Positions 30,147-39,905 of a stretch of DNA of 64,000 bases are shown here, one piece after another. The DNA comes from Nitrososphaerota archaeon (GTDB lineage: Archaea; Thermoproteota; Nitrososphaeria; Nitrososphaerales; JACPRH01). A program made the position numbers and the translations under genes. Position 1 is the stretch's first letter; every line of letters begins with the position of its first letter. A model generated the notes under the pieces. The model saw only the letters and a list, made by a program, of their open reading frames with translations. It ran no database searches and had not been told where the DNA came from. The stretch lies in assembly GCA_016190055.1 (NCBI GenBank), contig JACPRH010000049.1, forward strand, positions 7,820-71,819, written 5' to 3'.

Positions 30147-30380
30147 TCAGAACTGGTCCAGGCGAAGCTGAGCGCGAGGATCTGTCTCGATGTAATCCTT
30201 CATTATCTTCAGCAACCTATTGGTAAAGGAATTTCTCGTAGAACTATATTCTGAATCTAGCTTCCTGTAGAAACCGCCAATTATCTCTGTGAAGTCGTAC
30301 ATACCTCTATCTCTCGCTCCAACAGCATATTCAAACAACTGCTTCATCAATCGGTCAGCTTCCGAGTTGATTTGAAACAC
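30147..30380 (-). CDS. Small hypothetical protein
   Basis: 77 aa; overlaps the end of the MTase. Confidence 0.45.
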   Translation of the reverse strand: MFQINSEADRLMKQLFEYAVGARDRGMYDFTEIIGGFYRKLDSEYSSTRNSFTNRLLKIMKDYIETDPRAQLRLDQF

Positions 30381-31719
30381 CTCTCAGCCTCTCTGTGGCA
30401 ATCTTCACATACTCAGGATTGAGGTCGCATCCTAGAAAATGCCTACCTAGCCTCCTAGCAACAACAGCAGTGGTCCCGCTACCGATAAACGGGTCAAAAA
30501 CAACATCCCCAATCCTTGATGACGAGAGTATGGGCCTGCGCAACAATTCTTCAGGATATACTGCAAAGTGCGCGCCCTTGAAACCATGCGTATTGATGAT
30601 CCAAAAGTCTCCAGGGTTCTTACCCAACGGATGAGTAGTGTTAGGGTGACATTCCTTCCAAGCCTTCCAAGACATGGGTCCTGAACTGGATGCGTATCGT
30701 GGGTCGATGCCTTTCTCATTGGCTCTTGAGTATTTGCCTTCAATCACATCTCCCGGGTTCTTGCCTTTTGGGTTCCAAATTCTAGCAGGATTCTCTCTGT
30801 GCACGTTTGGCGGTGGTGTCATCCCCCCGGTCTTCATAACTCCGTCAGCCTTCGGTCTCGTAAAGTCTTGGACTGTAGTGAGAACATCCCCCGGATTCTT
30901 TCCTAGCGGATGATAGTCCCTGTTGCGAAATTGTTTTCTCGTTCTTCTGGCTCTCGGGCTTGCATACTGCTCTGAATTTTCTGAGAGCTTCCCTTCGTAG
31001 ATATCACCCGGATTTTTGCCCAGCGGGTTCAATCCTTTCTTCGCAGAATTCTCCATAACCTGCGCTGGAGATTGATGCATGCCTCGCGGATCTGTCTTGT
31101 GTTTGAGCGGATCGTAATGCTCCTTGTTCTCTATGTATCTCTTCATTCGCTCGACTGTGACAGACTTGTGTGGAACTCGGATTGCGTCGAGATTGTAGTA
31201 ATACTTCCTGCTCTTCACGAAATGAAAGACAAACTCATACGTATTGGTGAGCCTGTCCTTGACCGAGCATGGCATCGCGTTAGGCTTGTGCCAGATTATG
31301 CAGTTGCGCAGAATCCATTCATCATCGATGAGAGTCAGCGCAACCCTCCACGGAACGCCTAGAAGCGATTTGGCAACGATACCCCTATCCTTGTGTCCGC
31401 CAAACTTCTTGAAACCATCCAACCTGTTCTTCGAATGCCACTTCTCATATTGTCCTCCGCTACCGGTTGATGAGTAGGAGTCGCCCAAGTTGAGATAGAA
31501 ACTGCCATCACTCTTCAGAACACGCTTGAGCTCATGGAATAGTTGAACAAGTTTCTTCACATACTCGCGGAAGTCAGGCTCTAAACCAATCTGACCATCA
31601 ACGCCATAATCCCGCAAGCCGTAGTAAGGCGGAGAGGTAACACAGAGATTGATATATTCATCCGGCAGAGACTTCAGGAACTCCAACGCATCGTTGCAAA
31701 CAATCCTGTCAACCTCTAT
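30355..31719 (-). CDS. Orphan DNA methyltransferase (beta class, N4-C/N6-A)
   Basis: TSPPY at the N-terminus; HFAVYP and DPFIGSGTT at the C-terminus; frame extends upstream of the track start (IEVDRIVCNDALEF). Confidence 0.88.
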   Translation of the reverse strand: MEVDRIVCNDALEFLKSLPDEYINLCVTSPPYYGLRDYGVDGQIGLEPDFREYVKKLVQLFHELKRVLKSDGSFYLNLGDSYSSTGSGGQYEKWHSKNRLDGFKKFGGHKDRGIVAKSLLGVPWRVALTLIDDEWILRNCIIWHKPNAMPCSVKDRLTNTYEFVFHFVKSRKYYYNLDAIRVPHKSVTVERMKRYIENKEHYDPLKHKTDPRGMHQSPAQVMENSAKKGLNPLGKNPGDIYEGKLSENSEQYASPRARRTRKQFRNRDYHPLGKNPGDVLTTVQDFTRPKADGVMKTGGMTPPPNVHRENPARIWNPKGKNPGDVIEGKYSRANEKGIDPRYASSSGPMSWKAWKECHPNTTHPLGKNPGDFWIINTHGFKGAHFAVYPEELLRRPILSSSRIGDVVFDPFIGSGTTAVVARRLGRHFLGCDLNPEYVKIATERLRGVSNQLGS

Positions 31720-31723
31720 CTAA

Positions 31724-32014
31724 TCACCCGCGCTCCTTCCTTATTTTCTCCCTCGCTTCGCTGTAAGTGCAAGGCTTCCAAGCACGATCTAATTCAGCGC
31801 CATTCTCTAGGATTTCTTCAATGCTCACGTAGCCCCACTCGGCATTCTGATCGTCATTCAAATTTGCATACCCAAAGGCGAGATTCTCCTTCCTGTCAAG
31901 CTCGGCAATTAGCCAGTAGAATCCTACGTAACTGAGCTGATACCGTTGATGGATAATCTTCCTCTCGAACGGCACGCTTTCAGACTCATACAATTTTGGA
32001 ATTGAATCATCCAC
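31724..32014 (-). CDS. DUF2958-like protein (common on mobile elements)
   Basis: IPKLYESE...WLIAELD...AFGYANL...AEWGYVSIEEI. Confidence 0.7.
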   Translation of the reverse strand: MDDSIPKLYESESVPFERKIIHQRYQLSYVGFYWLIAELDRKENLAFGYANLNDDQNAEWGYVSIEEILENGAELDRAWKPCTYSEAREKIRKERG

Positions 32015-32537
32015 GGAATCACCTGTAGACTCTTACGAGTGAGAAGGAATGAGGGTTATGCGTACGTAGTGCCGCTACACGTTATGCAACATTCTCTCGC
32101 AATGCTACCCTGAAACAGATTAAGGTATATGCTCATACTTGGCCAAGAATTATTGGCGGAGAAATTACCTTGATTAGAGACTATCATCAAGATATAACGG
32201 CTATAACGATTATTATTTCATACATATAAATCCGTATAATCCAATATTTTGGATTGAGTGGATTGATATTAGAGAGTTTTTGCAGAAAGTCAGCAAGCCA
32301 GGCGGTTACTTTTTGCACGGTCTTTACGACGTTTATATAGGTAAAGTTAAGGATGATTTTGAGCGTGGAAATGGCGCCATACTTTCATATTTTGCAACTT
32401 TAGGTATCACCGATCTTCTTTCATACTATCTTGTGGAATCTTGTGGCATCAACCAATCTTATGGTGAAGCTCTACTTTTAACTGTGGCCAGCGCGCCGCT
32501 GATCAAACATGCTATTAGAAAGCAAATAGGCAAGTGA

Positions 32538-33332
32538 CTATGATTTCTTCGCTTTAGATGAATTACTACGTCTTTTGTTATTGCCTCTGTTAACGTATAG
32601 CTTGAGTGGTTGAAGTGCGAGAATATAAATTGCCACAATAATAAAAACCCACCCTGCTGTTCCAAAGTTATTCTTTAGTAGGATCGAAAGAAAAGAAGAA
32701 TCAAACTGCACGTCTCTTCCAATGACAAGTATGTAAATCCATACTAAATGGAACAGAACAAAGTATATCCCTCGATACCAGCTTTTTGAATGCTTTTTCA
32801 GCGTCTGGTCAAGTGGTTCCAAAAGGAATTTTTCAAATAACTGCCGTGCTGCAAACGGTAATGATATTGAAGCTGCTGCCAAGCCAATAGCAATGAAAAT
32901 GATAAGTGCATACGAACCCATCTGATAATCCATATTAGATGCCATTAGTGGAATGTTTGTTCCTTTAGCGTTAGCCGAAAGATAGATTAAACCAATTGTA
33001 TTCGAAAATGCGAGAATAATTCCCTGTACAGTAAGCCCGATATCTAATGCGATTTTTTCGCGAGGGACATCCTCGTTTCTGGCTAGTGTAGTCTTGGTAA
33101 AAATGGAGAATAAAATCGCCCAGAGACAAGTTAAGATATTTCCTAAGATACCCCCAGCCAAAAGCAGAAGACCGAATCTGGCAAATGCCAAATTTTCTTC
33201 ACTAAGTATAAAAGCAAAATAACTTCCAGATAAAACAGCCAGAAATGCAAAAGTTATTGAGTTTGTAATAATAAGATCCGAGGCTAACGACGATATAGCG
33301 TTACGATCTAAATTCGGTTGCGGCTGGCTCAT
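32538..33332 (-). CDS. Polytopic membrane protein
   Basis: About six hydrophobic segments; overlaps the upstream gene by 4 bp. Confidence 0.7.
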   Translation of the reverse strand: MSQPQPNLDRNAISSLASDLIITNSITFAFLAVLSGSYFAFILSEENLAFARFGLLLLAGGILGNILTCLWAILFSIFTKTTLARNEDVPREKIALDIGLTVQGIILAFSNTIGLIYLSANAKGTNIPLMASNMDYQMGSYALIIFIAIGLAAASISLPFAARQLFEKFLLEPLDQTLKKHSKSWYRGIYFVLFHLVWIYILVIGRDVQFDSSFLSILLKNNFGTAGWVFIIVAIYILALQPLKLYVNRGNNKRRSNSSKAKKS

Positions 33333-34408
33333 AAGGTAACTCCTAAGCTGTAGAGATTGCTCATTGTCGCCCTCAGCTTGGGATAATTTTCAGAGACATC
33401 CATTATTTGGTTCGTGTTTATATCAATCTCAGCGTTTCTTAGCCGACTTGAAAGCTTTCTGTATTCTGTGTCTTTCAATTCAGTTATATATTTGAAAGCG
33501 TTTGGGAAGAGGCTTGCGAACTCTTTGAAACTCATCTTCCTGTGTGATGGATTGGACATGAGTTCCAACAGTGTTTTCCTCTCGCTAGCACCGCCTTGCT
33601 GCAAAATGGCGGTTATGACAACTGTAGTTTGTCTTGCGTTCAAATCTTCCATTAGATCTGCTATATCGTCGTTTATTTGAAAAATCCGGGAAAACGGATA
33701 CACCGCCTTAATTATTTGTTCGACATTCTTCCTTTTGGTTGGTTCGTAATACATGATGGGCGCTACGGCCCAAGCAAAAAGGCCCCCTGCTATACGATCC
33801 ACATATTCTTCGAGAATCATGCGGGAGTCAGGGAGCGAGTCTGGAACGAAAGCATCGTCAAAATATCCATGTTTATCTTGCCAAGCAATACCGAGAGACA
33901 TCTCATTGCCATAATGATAATAGGTATCAATCATCTCAGGAACCACTTTGGGTTCTATGATGCCTTTTGCTACATGTCTAGACAAGGGATATATCCATGA
34001 TGTAGACAAGCTTACAACAGCGCCCAATTCTTGTCGTTTGTTTCCTGCTCCAGTGGCTTGAATATCCACCTGACTACTCACGGCCTCCCAATTTGAATCT
34101 ATCAAATCGTCTAGTAGCGAGATTAACCTACATGAAAGGTCAACGATGCTGGCACAAGCAACCCTTTTTTCCTGAGAAAGACCTAGTTCGTTTGACACAG
34201 CGATATTGACCATTGTGAAGGGTTTGATGCCTCTTAATTTGATAGGAACTGGAAGCGTGAGCTTCTCCAAAACCTTGAGACCATCTACGACTTTTGGGTA
34301 ATCATTTTTTACATATTCAAGGAGCCGGCTAGTCGTAGTAAGCATAAGAGAATACGGTATTCTGGTGAGATACTTAAACACTCCCTTTTGAACAAACGTT
34401 TCTTTCAA
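33329..34408 (-). CDS. Class I isoprenoid synthase-fold protein (polyprenyl/terpene synthase-like)
   Basis: Two aspartate-rich motifs: LLDDLID and FQINDDIAD. Confidence 0.7.
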   Translation of the reverse strand: MKETFVQKGVFKYLTRIPYSLMLTTTSRLLEYVKNDYPKVVDGLKVLEKLTLPVPIKLRGIKPFTMVNIAVSNELGLSQEKRVACASIVDLSCRLISLLDDLIDSNWEAVSSQVDIQATGAGNKRQELGAVVSLSTSWIYPLSRHVAKGIIEPKVVPEMIDTYYHYGNEMSLGIAWQDKHGYFDDAFVPDSLPDSRMILEEYVDRIAGGLFAWAVAPIMYYEPTKRKNVEQIIKAVYPFSRIFQINDDIADLMEDLNARQTTVVITAILQQGGASERKTLLELMSNPSHRKMSFKEFASLFPNAFKYITELKDTEYRKLSSRLRNAEIDINTNQIMDVSENYPKLRATMSNLYSLGVTL

Positions 34409-34631
34409 TAATTATGGCAAAAAAAGGTCTGCAATGATCCCTCAAGATGCTAGTTCCACTTTTTCTTTCAGATAGCCGAAACGTCTGCATTTAGCCGCTT
34501 TTTCTCAAACAAGGCTGAAACATCCTCTATTCTTGCGCATATACGGTCGCTTATCATCATCTTCTTGCTTCAACTCCTCCCTCCCTATCTTCTTCCTTCA
34601 CAAAATCGGAAACACTGCGCAAAATCTCCTT

Positions 34632-36542
34632 TCAACTGCATAAACCCGGAGCCTCCCAGCACAAACAGCACAAAACCCTCGGAGAACCGTGCTCCCTGGA
34701 CACATTCTTTACGAGCTCTTCATCGTCAGAACAGACTATGACCTTCGAGAAATCGTTCAGTGCAATCCAGATATTCCCTAGTATGTCCGAGTTTCCGGTC
34801 TCTACGTTGATAGCCGTGCGAGTAGTCTGGATGTCAGGGCCGACTCTCGAAGTAATGCACTCTATCCCCTTGTTTCTCAGCTGCTCAGAAATCCAATGGA
34901 CATAGAACTCATGCTTGATTCCGGGGTTCGCTCCTTTCTTCTGATACAGTATCCTGGGCTTTCCTTTCCCAAGCTTCACCTTCACAGCTTCCACTTCGCC
35001 TCTTCTGCTTAACCCGTTCACGACTCTGGAGTATCGCCTGTCATCCCAGCCTAGCAGATGCCTCCTTTCACGAGTCGGGATAAATGGCTCTTTGCTAATG
35101 CTTTCTAGGAACAGTCGCTCCTCATTATCATCCAAGTGTCGAGGCGCATCAATAGAAGGCGGCATTTCGAACTTTACTTTAGGCGTGTATCTTTCCAACT
35201 CTTGCGCGCTTAACTGACTCAGAAACATGTTCTGAGAAGTCATGATAAACGGCTCAAGCCCCTGAGTCTTGACTATCGCCTGCCTTTGCTTGAGGCTGGT
35301 CAGTTCCTGAGCAAAATGGTCGACCGAGACATAAGAGTTGAAACCAAAACTCCGCGCGATGAGGTCGATGTCCTTCGCATCCTGCAACTTGAACGTGAAG
35401 ACGTTCTGACAATTAGCTACAATATCCGGCTCTAAATTTGAAGGCCGTTGAGTGACGACTGCCAGTGATTGCCCTCGTTTTCTCAACCTTGCCGCAAATT
35501 CTGTGGTCGCCCAAGTATCAGTCACCAGCAGCTTGCGTAGAATCTTTGGTGCTAGTAGTTGCGCTTCATCTGCTATGAACAGGTTGGATATCCGCTCGGT
35601 CGGCTCGCGGTGCAGTGCTTGCTTGAGGTATGCTACTGCGATCGTGTTGTATATCAGCCTCAGCTCGGTTCCGTATGCGACCTTTGCTTCAAGGGGATGA
35701 AGATCAATCAGTACATTCCGGTCATCAAACTTTTCGAGATTGAAGCTGGATGTCTCGGTGTAGAAGATCTCGCTGAGCGCCGGATTGCTCCTGTATGGTT
35801 CGAGCCTTACAAGAAGCGCAGTTTTAGTCTTATCTAGTGAGTTGAGTCTAAACGGCAGATTATGCTCTTCGTAATTTGTCACGTTGTCAATCAGCGTGGG
35901 TATGCTTGTACTTTCCCTGATGCACTGGTCGAGGACATAGTTCATCTGCGGCGAGAGGTCTTGGTATTCTACTTCAATTCCGCGAAAGATTATCTCCTTC
36001 AGTAATGCACGGACAAGCCCATAGTCGTTGAGGTCGTAGGGGTTTATTTTGAGATTCGTATCTGTCGAGTAATATTCTGTCTTATGTTGCAGCCTTGGGA
36101 GAATGTTCTTCCATTCGCCTTCGACATCTAGGATCAACAGTTTGATTCCATTGTTCTCAGCCTTGATTGCTAGGTTCATCGCTTCACGTGTCTTGCCGCC
36201 ACCGGTAGCGCCGTAGAATGCGAAATGAAACCCGAATTGCGAGAGCGGCAAGTGAAACGGATTGCCATCACTCATCGTTCCCAGAAGTATTCCATCTCTA
36301 ACTTGGTTTGGTTCGGGCGAGTGCAGGAAATTTGGAAGAGGACTCTGGCAGTAGTCGCACAAACCTCTGAGCATCTTGGTCATGCTTCCACATGTGATAC
36401 ACACCCAGTATTCGTTCAATACCATCTGACACACCCTTCGCACAGTTTCATCCGTGTCATCACGCCTTGACGCCATACTTCTTTCACAGTGATGTGCAGC
36501 ATGCAGAAGATACGCAAGCAACCCTCGCAGATTCGCTGACAC
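34632..36542 (-). CDS. HerA/FtsK/VirB4-like ATPase with C-terminal HTH plus nuclease-like region
   Basis: HFAFYGATGGGKT, ILDVEGEW, FIADEAQ, LRKRG, TQRPS; probable start at the Met near 36476. Confidence 0.8.
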   Translation of the reverse strand: MSANLRGLLAYLLHAAHHCERSMASRRDDTDETVRRVCQMVLNEYWVCITCGSMTKMLRGLCDYCQSPLPNFLHSPEPNQVRDGILLGTMSDGNPFHLPLSQFGFHFAFYGATGGGKTREAMNLAIKAENNGIKLLILDVEGEWKNILPRLQHKTEYYSTDTNLKINPYDLNDYGLVRALLKEIIFRGIEVEYQDLSPQMNYVLDQCIRESTSIPTLIDNVTNYEEHNLPFRLNSLDKTKTALLVRLEPYRSNPALSEIFYTETSSFNLEKFDDRNVLIDLHPLEAKVAYGTELRLIYNTIAVAYLKQALHREPTERISNLFIADEAQLLAPKILRKLLVTDTWATTEFAARLRKRGQSLAVVTQRPSNLEPDIVANCQNVFTFKLQDAKDIDLIARSFGFNSYVSVDHFAQELTSLKQRQAIVKTQGLEPFIMTSQNMFLSQLSAQELERYTPKVKFEMPPSIDAPRHLDDNEERLFLESISKEPFIPTRERRHLLGWDDRRYSRVVNGLSRRGEVEAVKVKLGKGKPRILYQKKGANPGIKHEFYVHWISEQLRNKGIECITSRVGPDIQTTRTAINVETGNSDILGNIWIALNDFSKVIVCSDDEELVKNVSREHGSPRVLCCLCWEAPGLCS

Positions 36543-36640
36543 TGTGGGCAGGTGGAGTTATCACACGTTCCGCATCGACCGAGCAATCTCTCTTTCTCAG
36601 TCGTTGCGCCGCATACCTTGCATCTCAGCAGTCCTCGCAT
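36416..36640 (-). CDS. Small Cys-rich zinc-finger protein
   Basis: Multiple CxxC pairs in 74 aa. Confidence 0.6.
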   Translation of the reverse strand: MRGLLRCKVCGATTEKERLLGRCGTCDNSTCPQCQRICEGCLRIFCMLHITVKEVWRQGVMTRMKLCEGCVRWY

Positions 36641-36780
36641 TGCCTCACGAATCCTTGGTAGCAGTTCGGACAGAGCAGGTATCCGTTAATCTGTGCCAGA
36701 CATTCAGAGCAGCATCTCTTTCCGCATCTCGTGCATTTCCCAGCGCCGATGTTCCTGACGAATGTGTGACCGCACTGCAA
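36625..36780 (-). CDS. Small Cys-rich zinc-finger protein
   Basis: Not in the track; manual translation LQCGHTFVRNIGAGKCTRCGKRCCSECLAQINGYLLCPNCYQGFVRQCEDC. Confidence 0.55.
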   Translation of the reverse strand: MQCGHTFVRNIGAGKCTRCGKRCCSECLAQINGYLLCPNCYQGFVRQCEDC

Positions 36781-36791
36781 TGTGGGATAGT

Positions 36792-37238
36792 CTATCTCGC
36801 TGATTGTATCACCACTTTCTCTTCACCGTTCCATCCAATCTCGGTCCCGAATCTGAACAGGTATCGCCCTACGAGGCGCCTATCAGCATAGACCTGCTCG
36901 CACAGTGCCTTCAGCGAACGGTCCAAGCCGAACTTTTTCGAATACAGATGTGTTAAAGCGGCTACTCCTTCCAGTCTCCTCGCCCTGAACAGCAGCTCCC
37001 GGTTGTCAAGGTAGAATTGGAGGACCGATTCCCCAACATATCTCGGCAGATGTGACTTGTCGCAGACACGCTCTATCGTCCTATACCATTCTGCGTCGCA
37101 TCGCCTGATCGGATTGTTTAGATTCCTGAGGAATGCGTACCTCGTCCTTGTCCCGTCGTCAAGCCTCCTTCCCTTCCCGTCATACTCCGGGCTGAAGGTT
37201 GAGCCGAGAGTGAATTGCGAGTAATGTGCAATACCTAT
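36792..37238 (-). CDS. Truncated TFB/TFIIB-like protein (linker plus a single cyclin repeat)
   Basis: Not in the track (no ATG/GTG/TTG near its start). 148-aa open frame: LGSTFSPEYDGKGRRLD...RYAFLRNLN...TIERVCDKSHLPRYVGE...FRARRLEGVAA...RSLKALCE...RRLVGRY. Confidence 0.7.
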   Translation of the reverse strand: MGIAHYSQFTLGSTFSPEYDGKGRRLDDGTRTRYAFLRNLNNPIRRCDAEWYRTIERVCDKSHLPRYVGESVLQFYLDNRELLFRARRLEGVAALTHLYSKKFGLDRSLKALCEQVYADRRLVGRYLFRFGTEIGWNGEEKVVIQSAR

Positions 37239-37363
37239 TCCTCCCCGTCAACCACTGCTCCGCACTTTTCGCACTTCAGCCCAAACTCGCTGCGCGTGAT
37301 TCCCCACGCGTCCTCGCCTGTGTTGCTGCGGTATTCCCTGCATCTTGGGCAGTAGCCTCTCAT
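37235..37363 (-). CDS. TFB-type zinc-ribbon peptide (42 aa)
   Basis: MRGYCPRCREYRSNTGEDAWGITRSEFGLKCEKCGAVVDGEE; overlaps the TFB core frame by 4 bp. Confidence 0.6.
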   Translation of the reverse strand: MRGYCPRCREYRSNTGEDAWGITRSEFGLKCEKCGAVVDGEE

Positions 37364-37441
37364 TCAGAAGATTATGCAGAAACAAGGTAGAGTAGGTTAC
37401 GAGTGAAGGATGCCGATAGTGCGTCAGGTAAACGTAATCTG

Positions 37442-37870
37442 CTAAGGTTGTAGATTTATAAGAACTGGAACAGGAATATTATAGTTGAAGTAGTATAGGA
37501 GCATATTGCTTAGAAAACCGAAGATAATAATTGATAGACCAAGAAGTACAGAAGCGATCCTCAGGTCTTTCGCCACTTTCTCAAGAGTAATTACTTTATT
37601 GGACTCCCGATATATTATAGTGTCTTTATGCTTGTCTAGAATGTAGATGACCCCTAAAAACAACATTACAAGAGATGTCTTAACGAGCGCGCCTTCAGGA
37701 GTCAGATTCATCCAAGGGCGTGTTTCATGGCAAGTAGGGCAGTCTGGTTTACTTAATGCGATTATGGTGGATTGAATATCTAGGTATAATGCGAAGCTGA
37801 GAAAGCCAAATAGTGCGCGAATGTCTGCATTACTAATCTTTTGAAGTGTGTTTAACAGTATTGTTTTCAA
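37442..37870 (-). CDS. Membrane protein
   Basis: Three hydrophobic segments. Confidence 0.5.
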   Translation of the reverse strand: MKTILLNTLQKISNADIRALFGFLSFALYLDIQSTIIALSKPDCPTCHETRPWMNLTPEGALVKTSLVMLFLGVIYILDKHKDTIIYRESNKVITLEKVAKDLRIASVLLGLSIIIFGFLSNMLLYYFNYNIPVPVLINLQP

Positions 37871-38212
37871 TTATCTAAATCCGACATTGAAACGTAGTCT
37901 GCGGAACTTAAATAATGTTTCTGGGCGATTTTATCGGAATCTTACATACGCACTTTCCATAATAGTTGAATCACAATCTCAAACAATGAACTCGAAAAAT
38001 CTCAAGGAGCTATTCTCAGAAAAGATCGACGCCGATGTTCTCAACAGGATGCCTGAATGGTTCAAGCGATTGAGAGAAGCATACCTACGCAAAACCATCG
38101 CCTAATCGGAACATTATACCTAAATTGGTAATCTTTTTCATGAAATTATCACTTCAAGCTTTTCTAACGTGGAAAGATTTAAATCGATCCCTTGTAGAAC
38201 ATCCAAGATAAT

Positions 38213-38755
38213 TTGAGCCTAAAATTACCGGCTGGCTTCACTCTGCTTGAGGATGAAAAACCGCTCTGGCACGGGCGAATGAGTCTGCAATCTAATTGGT
38301 TCTTGATTCTGGTCGGGCTAATAACACTGGTCATTGGGATAGGGATTCTGCTCCTCATAGTCGTTGCGCTCAGGATGATATCATCTGAATACTTTATAAC
38401 AAACCGGCGGATATACGTGAAATACGGGCTAATCGGCAGAAGGACCCGTGAGCTAAAGAATGAGTGGGTCTCGAACTTCGCTATCTCACAGGGGTTAACC
38501 GGCAGGATAATGAACTACGGTAACATACTGATTTCCACCCCAGGCGAAGCCATAGGATACAACGTCATGGTTGGGGTATCCGGTCCGATGCAGGTCAAAT
38601 CACTCACAGAGGACATTATACAAAAGTACAAGAAGGCACAGGAGATAAAAACGTCAATACGTAGAATTGAGGAGGAATACGAGCTAGGACGGGTGGAAAA
38701 GACGAAGTATGATGCATTAAGAGCAAAGTACGAAGATGAATTGAAGAAGTATTAA
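38213..38755 (+). CDS. Membrane-anchored bacterial PH-domain (bPH_2-like) protein
   Basis: EYFITNRRIYVKYGLI...QGLTGRIMNYGNILI. Confidence 0.75.
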   Translation: MSLKLPAGFTLLEDEKPLWHGRMSLQSNWFLILVGLITLVIGIGILLLIVVALRMISSEYFITNRRIYVKYGLIGRRTRELKNEWVSNFAISQGLTGRIMNYGNILISTPGEAIGYNVMVGVSGPMQVKSLTEDIIQKYKKAQEIKTSIRRIEEEYELGRVEKTKYDALRAKYEDELKKY

Positions 38756-38855
38756 ACTGAATCAACTCATTTTTCGAATCCGCATCTTAATTAAATCATC
38801 TCAACCAAAGCTAGCAGAGCCTCATTTTGTGCGAACTAGGCTCTATAGGCTATCG

Positions 38856-39833
38856 TCAACGCTTACCAGCGCATATGCATTCGTGGGCCTGCTTGATCAG
38901 AGACACCGCATACTCCACTTCGTCAGGAGACTTTACTGTGAACACCTTGTCAAAGGTCCATGCTGGCGTCCTCTTCAAATCCCTTGTAATCCCTTTCTTG
39001 TCTTTGAAGGTCTTCTTGTCAGCCTTCAAGCTCACTTCCAGCCCATCTTTGAGTATCTTGATTGTGCAGAAGTTCTTTAGTGGAGATGTCTGGAAGGTTG
39101 TCCACCCCTTTCTTGTCACCTGCTTCGCATTCGGCAGGCAGCAAATCGCCTGGCTCAATTTCTCAAACACTTCCTTAACCGTTTCATCGGATTTCTCCAG
39201 ATGCTTCGCGATGGGCACCGTTGTCCATTTGAATGTCCATTTCTTGGCTTCTTGCTCCAGAGCCTCTCTTGTGAACGTGGTGAATTTGTGGACGAACTGG
39301 TTCCGGCTGTTCGCGTAGGTCTCGAATGGGATTGCCCTTACATCCGTCCCGTCCTTCGCCAGATGCTCAACCACTTCTCTAAGCTGTTCGGAAATGCTGT
39401 CAATGATTATGAATATCCCTACTCCTTTCTCGATGACCCGCGCCAGATAGCTCGTATCAGAAACCTTGCTGCCATCGCTGACTGTTCCGGCAAGAAACTT
39501 TGCCAAGTCATTCCTTGTCCCGGGACTGTCCATAGCCATCTTGAACTTGAAGAGTTGACTCATGATATGGCCGACAATATCATGCGAACTTAGCTCCACT
39601 TCGATGATGAAGAACTTGTCACTGGCTAAGTCGACCAGATATCCGTCAGGAATGCTTCCTATATCGGTCTTGCTGGCGATCTTCCTCTTGACATTGAAGA
39701 AATGGATGTTCTTTCCGAAAAGCTCCTCAGCGTGTTCTACAGCCAGCTTCTCTAATTCCGATTCTAGTTTGTAGGAGTGGGGGCTGAAAACCTCATCACC
39801 TAAAATGATAACTGGTACTCCTTCCTTCTGCAT
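38856..39833 (-). CDS. PD-(D/E)XK-type nuclease fused to a DUF5655-like domain
   Basis: ESELE...IPDGYLVD...FIIEVELSSH; C-terminal EVEYAVSLIKQAHE. Confidence 0.6.
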   Translation of the reverse strand: MQKEGVPVIILGDEVFSPHSYKLESELEKLAVEHAEELFGKNIHFFNVKRKIASKTDIGSIPDGYLVDLASDKFFIIEVELSSHDIVGHIMSQLFKFKMAMDSPGTRNDLAKFLAGTVSDGSKVSDTSYLARVIEKGVGIFIIIDSISEQLREVVEHLAKDGTDVRAIPFETYANSRNQFVHKFTTFTREALEQEAKKWTFKWTTVPIAKHLEKSDETVKEVFEKLSQAICCLPNAKQVTRKGWTTFQTSPLKNFCTIKILKDGLEVSLKADKKTFKDKKGITRDLKRTPAWTFDKVFTVKSPDEVEYAVSLIKQAHECICAGKR

Positions 39834-39905
39834 TTAACGCACTTCTTTGTATTGTTACTCTGGCTGTATAAATCTTCATCCATTTATGGAATACACGTAA
39901 GAAAA

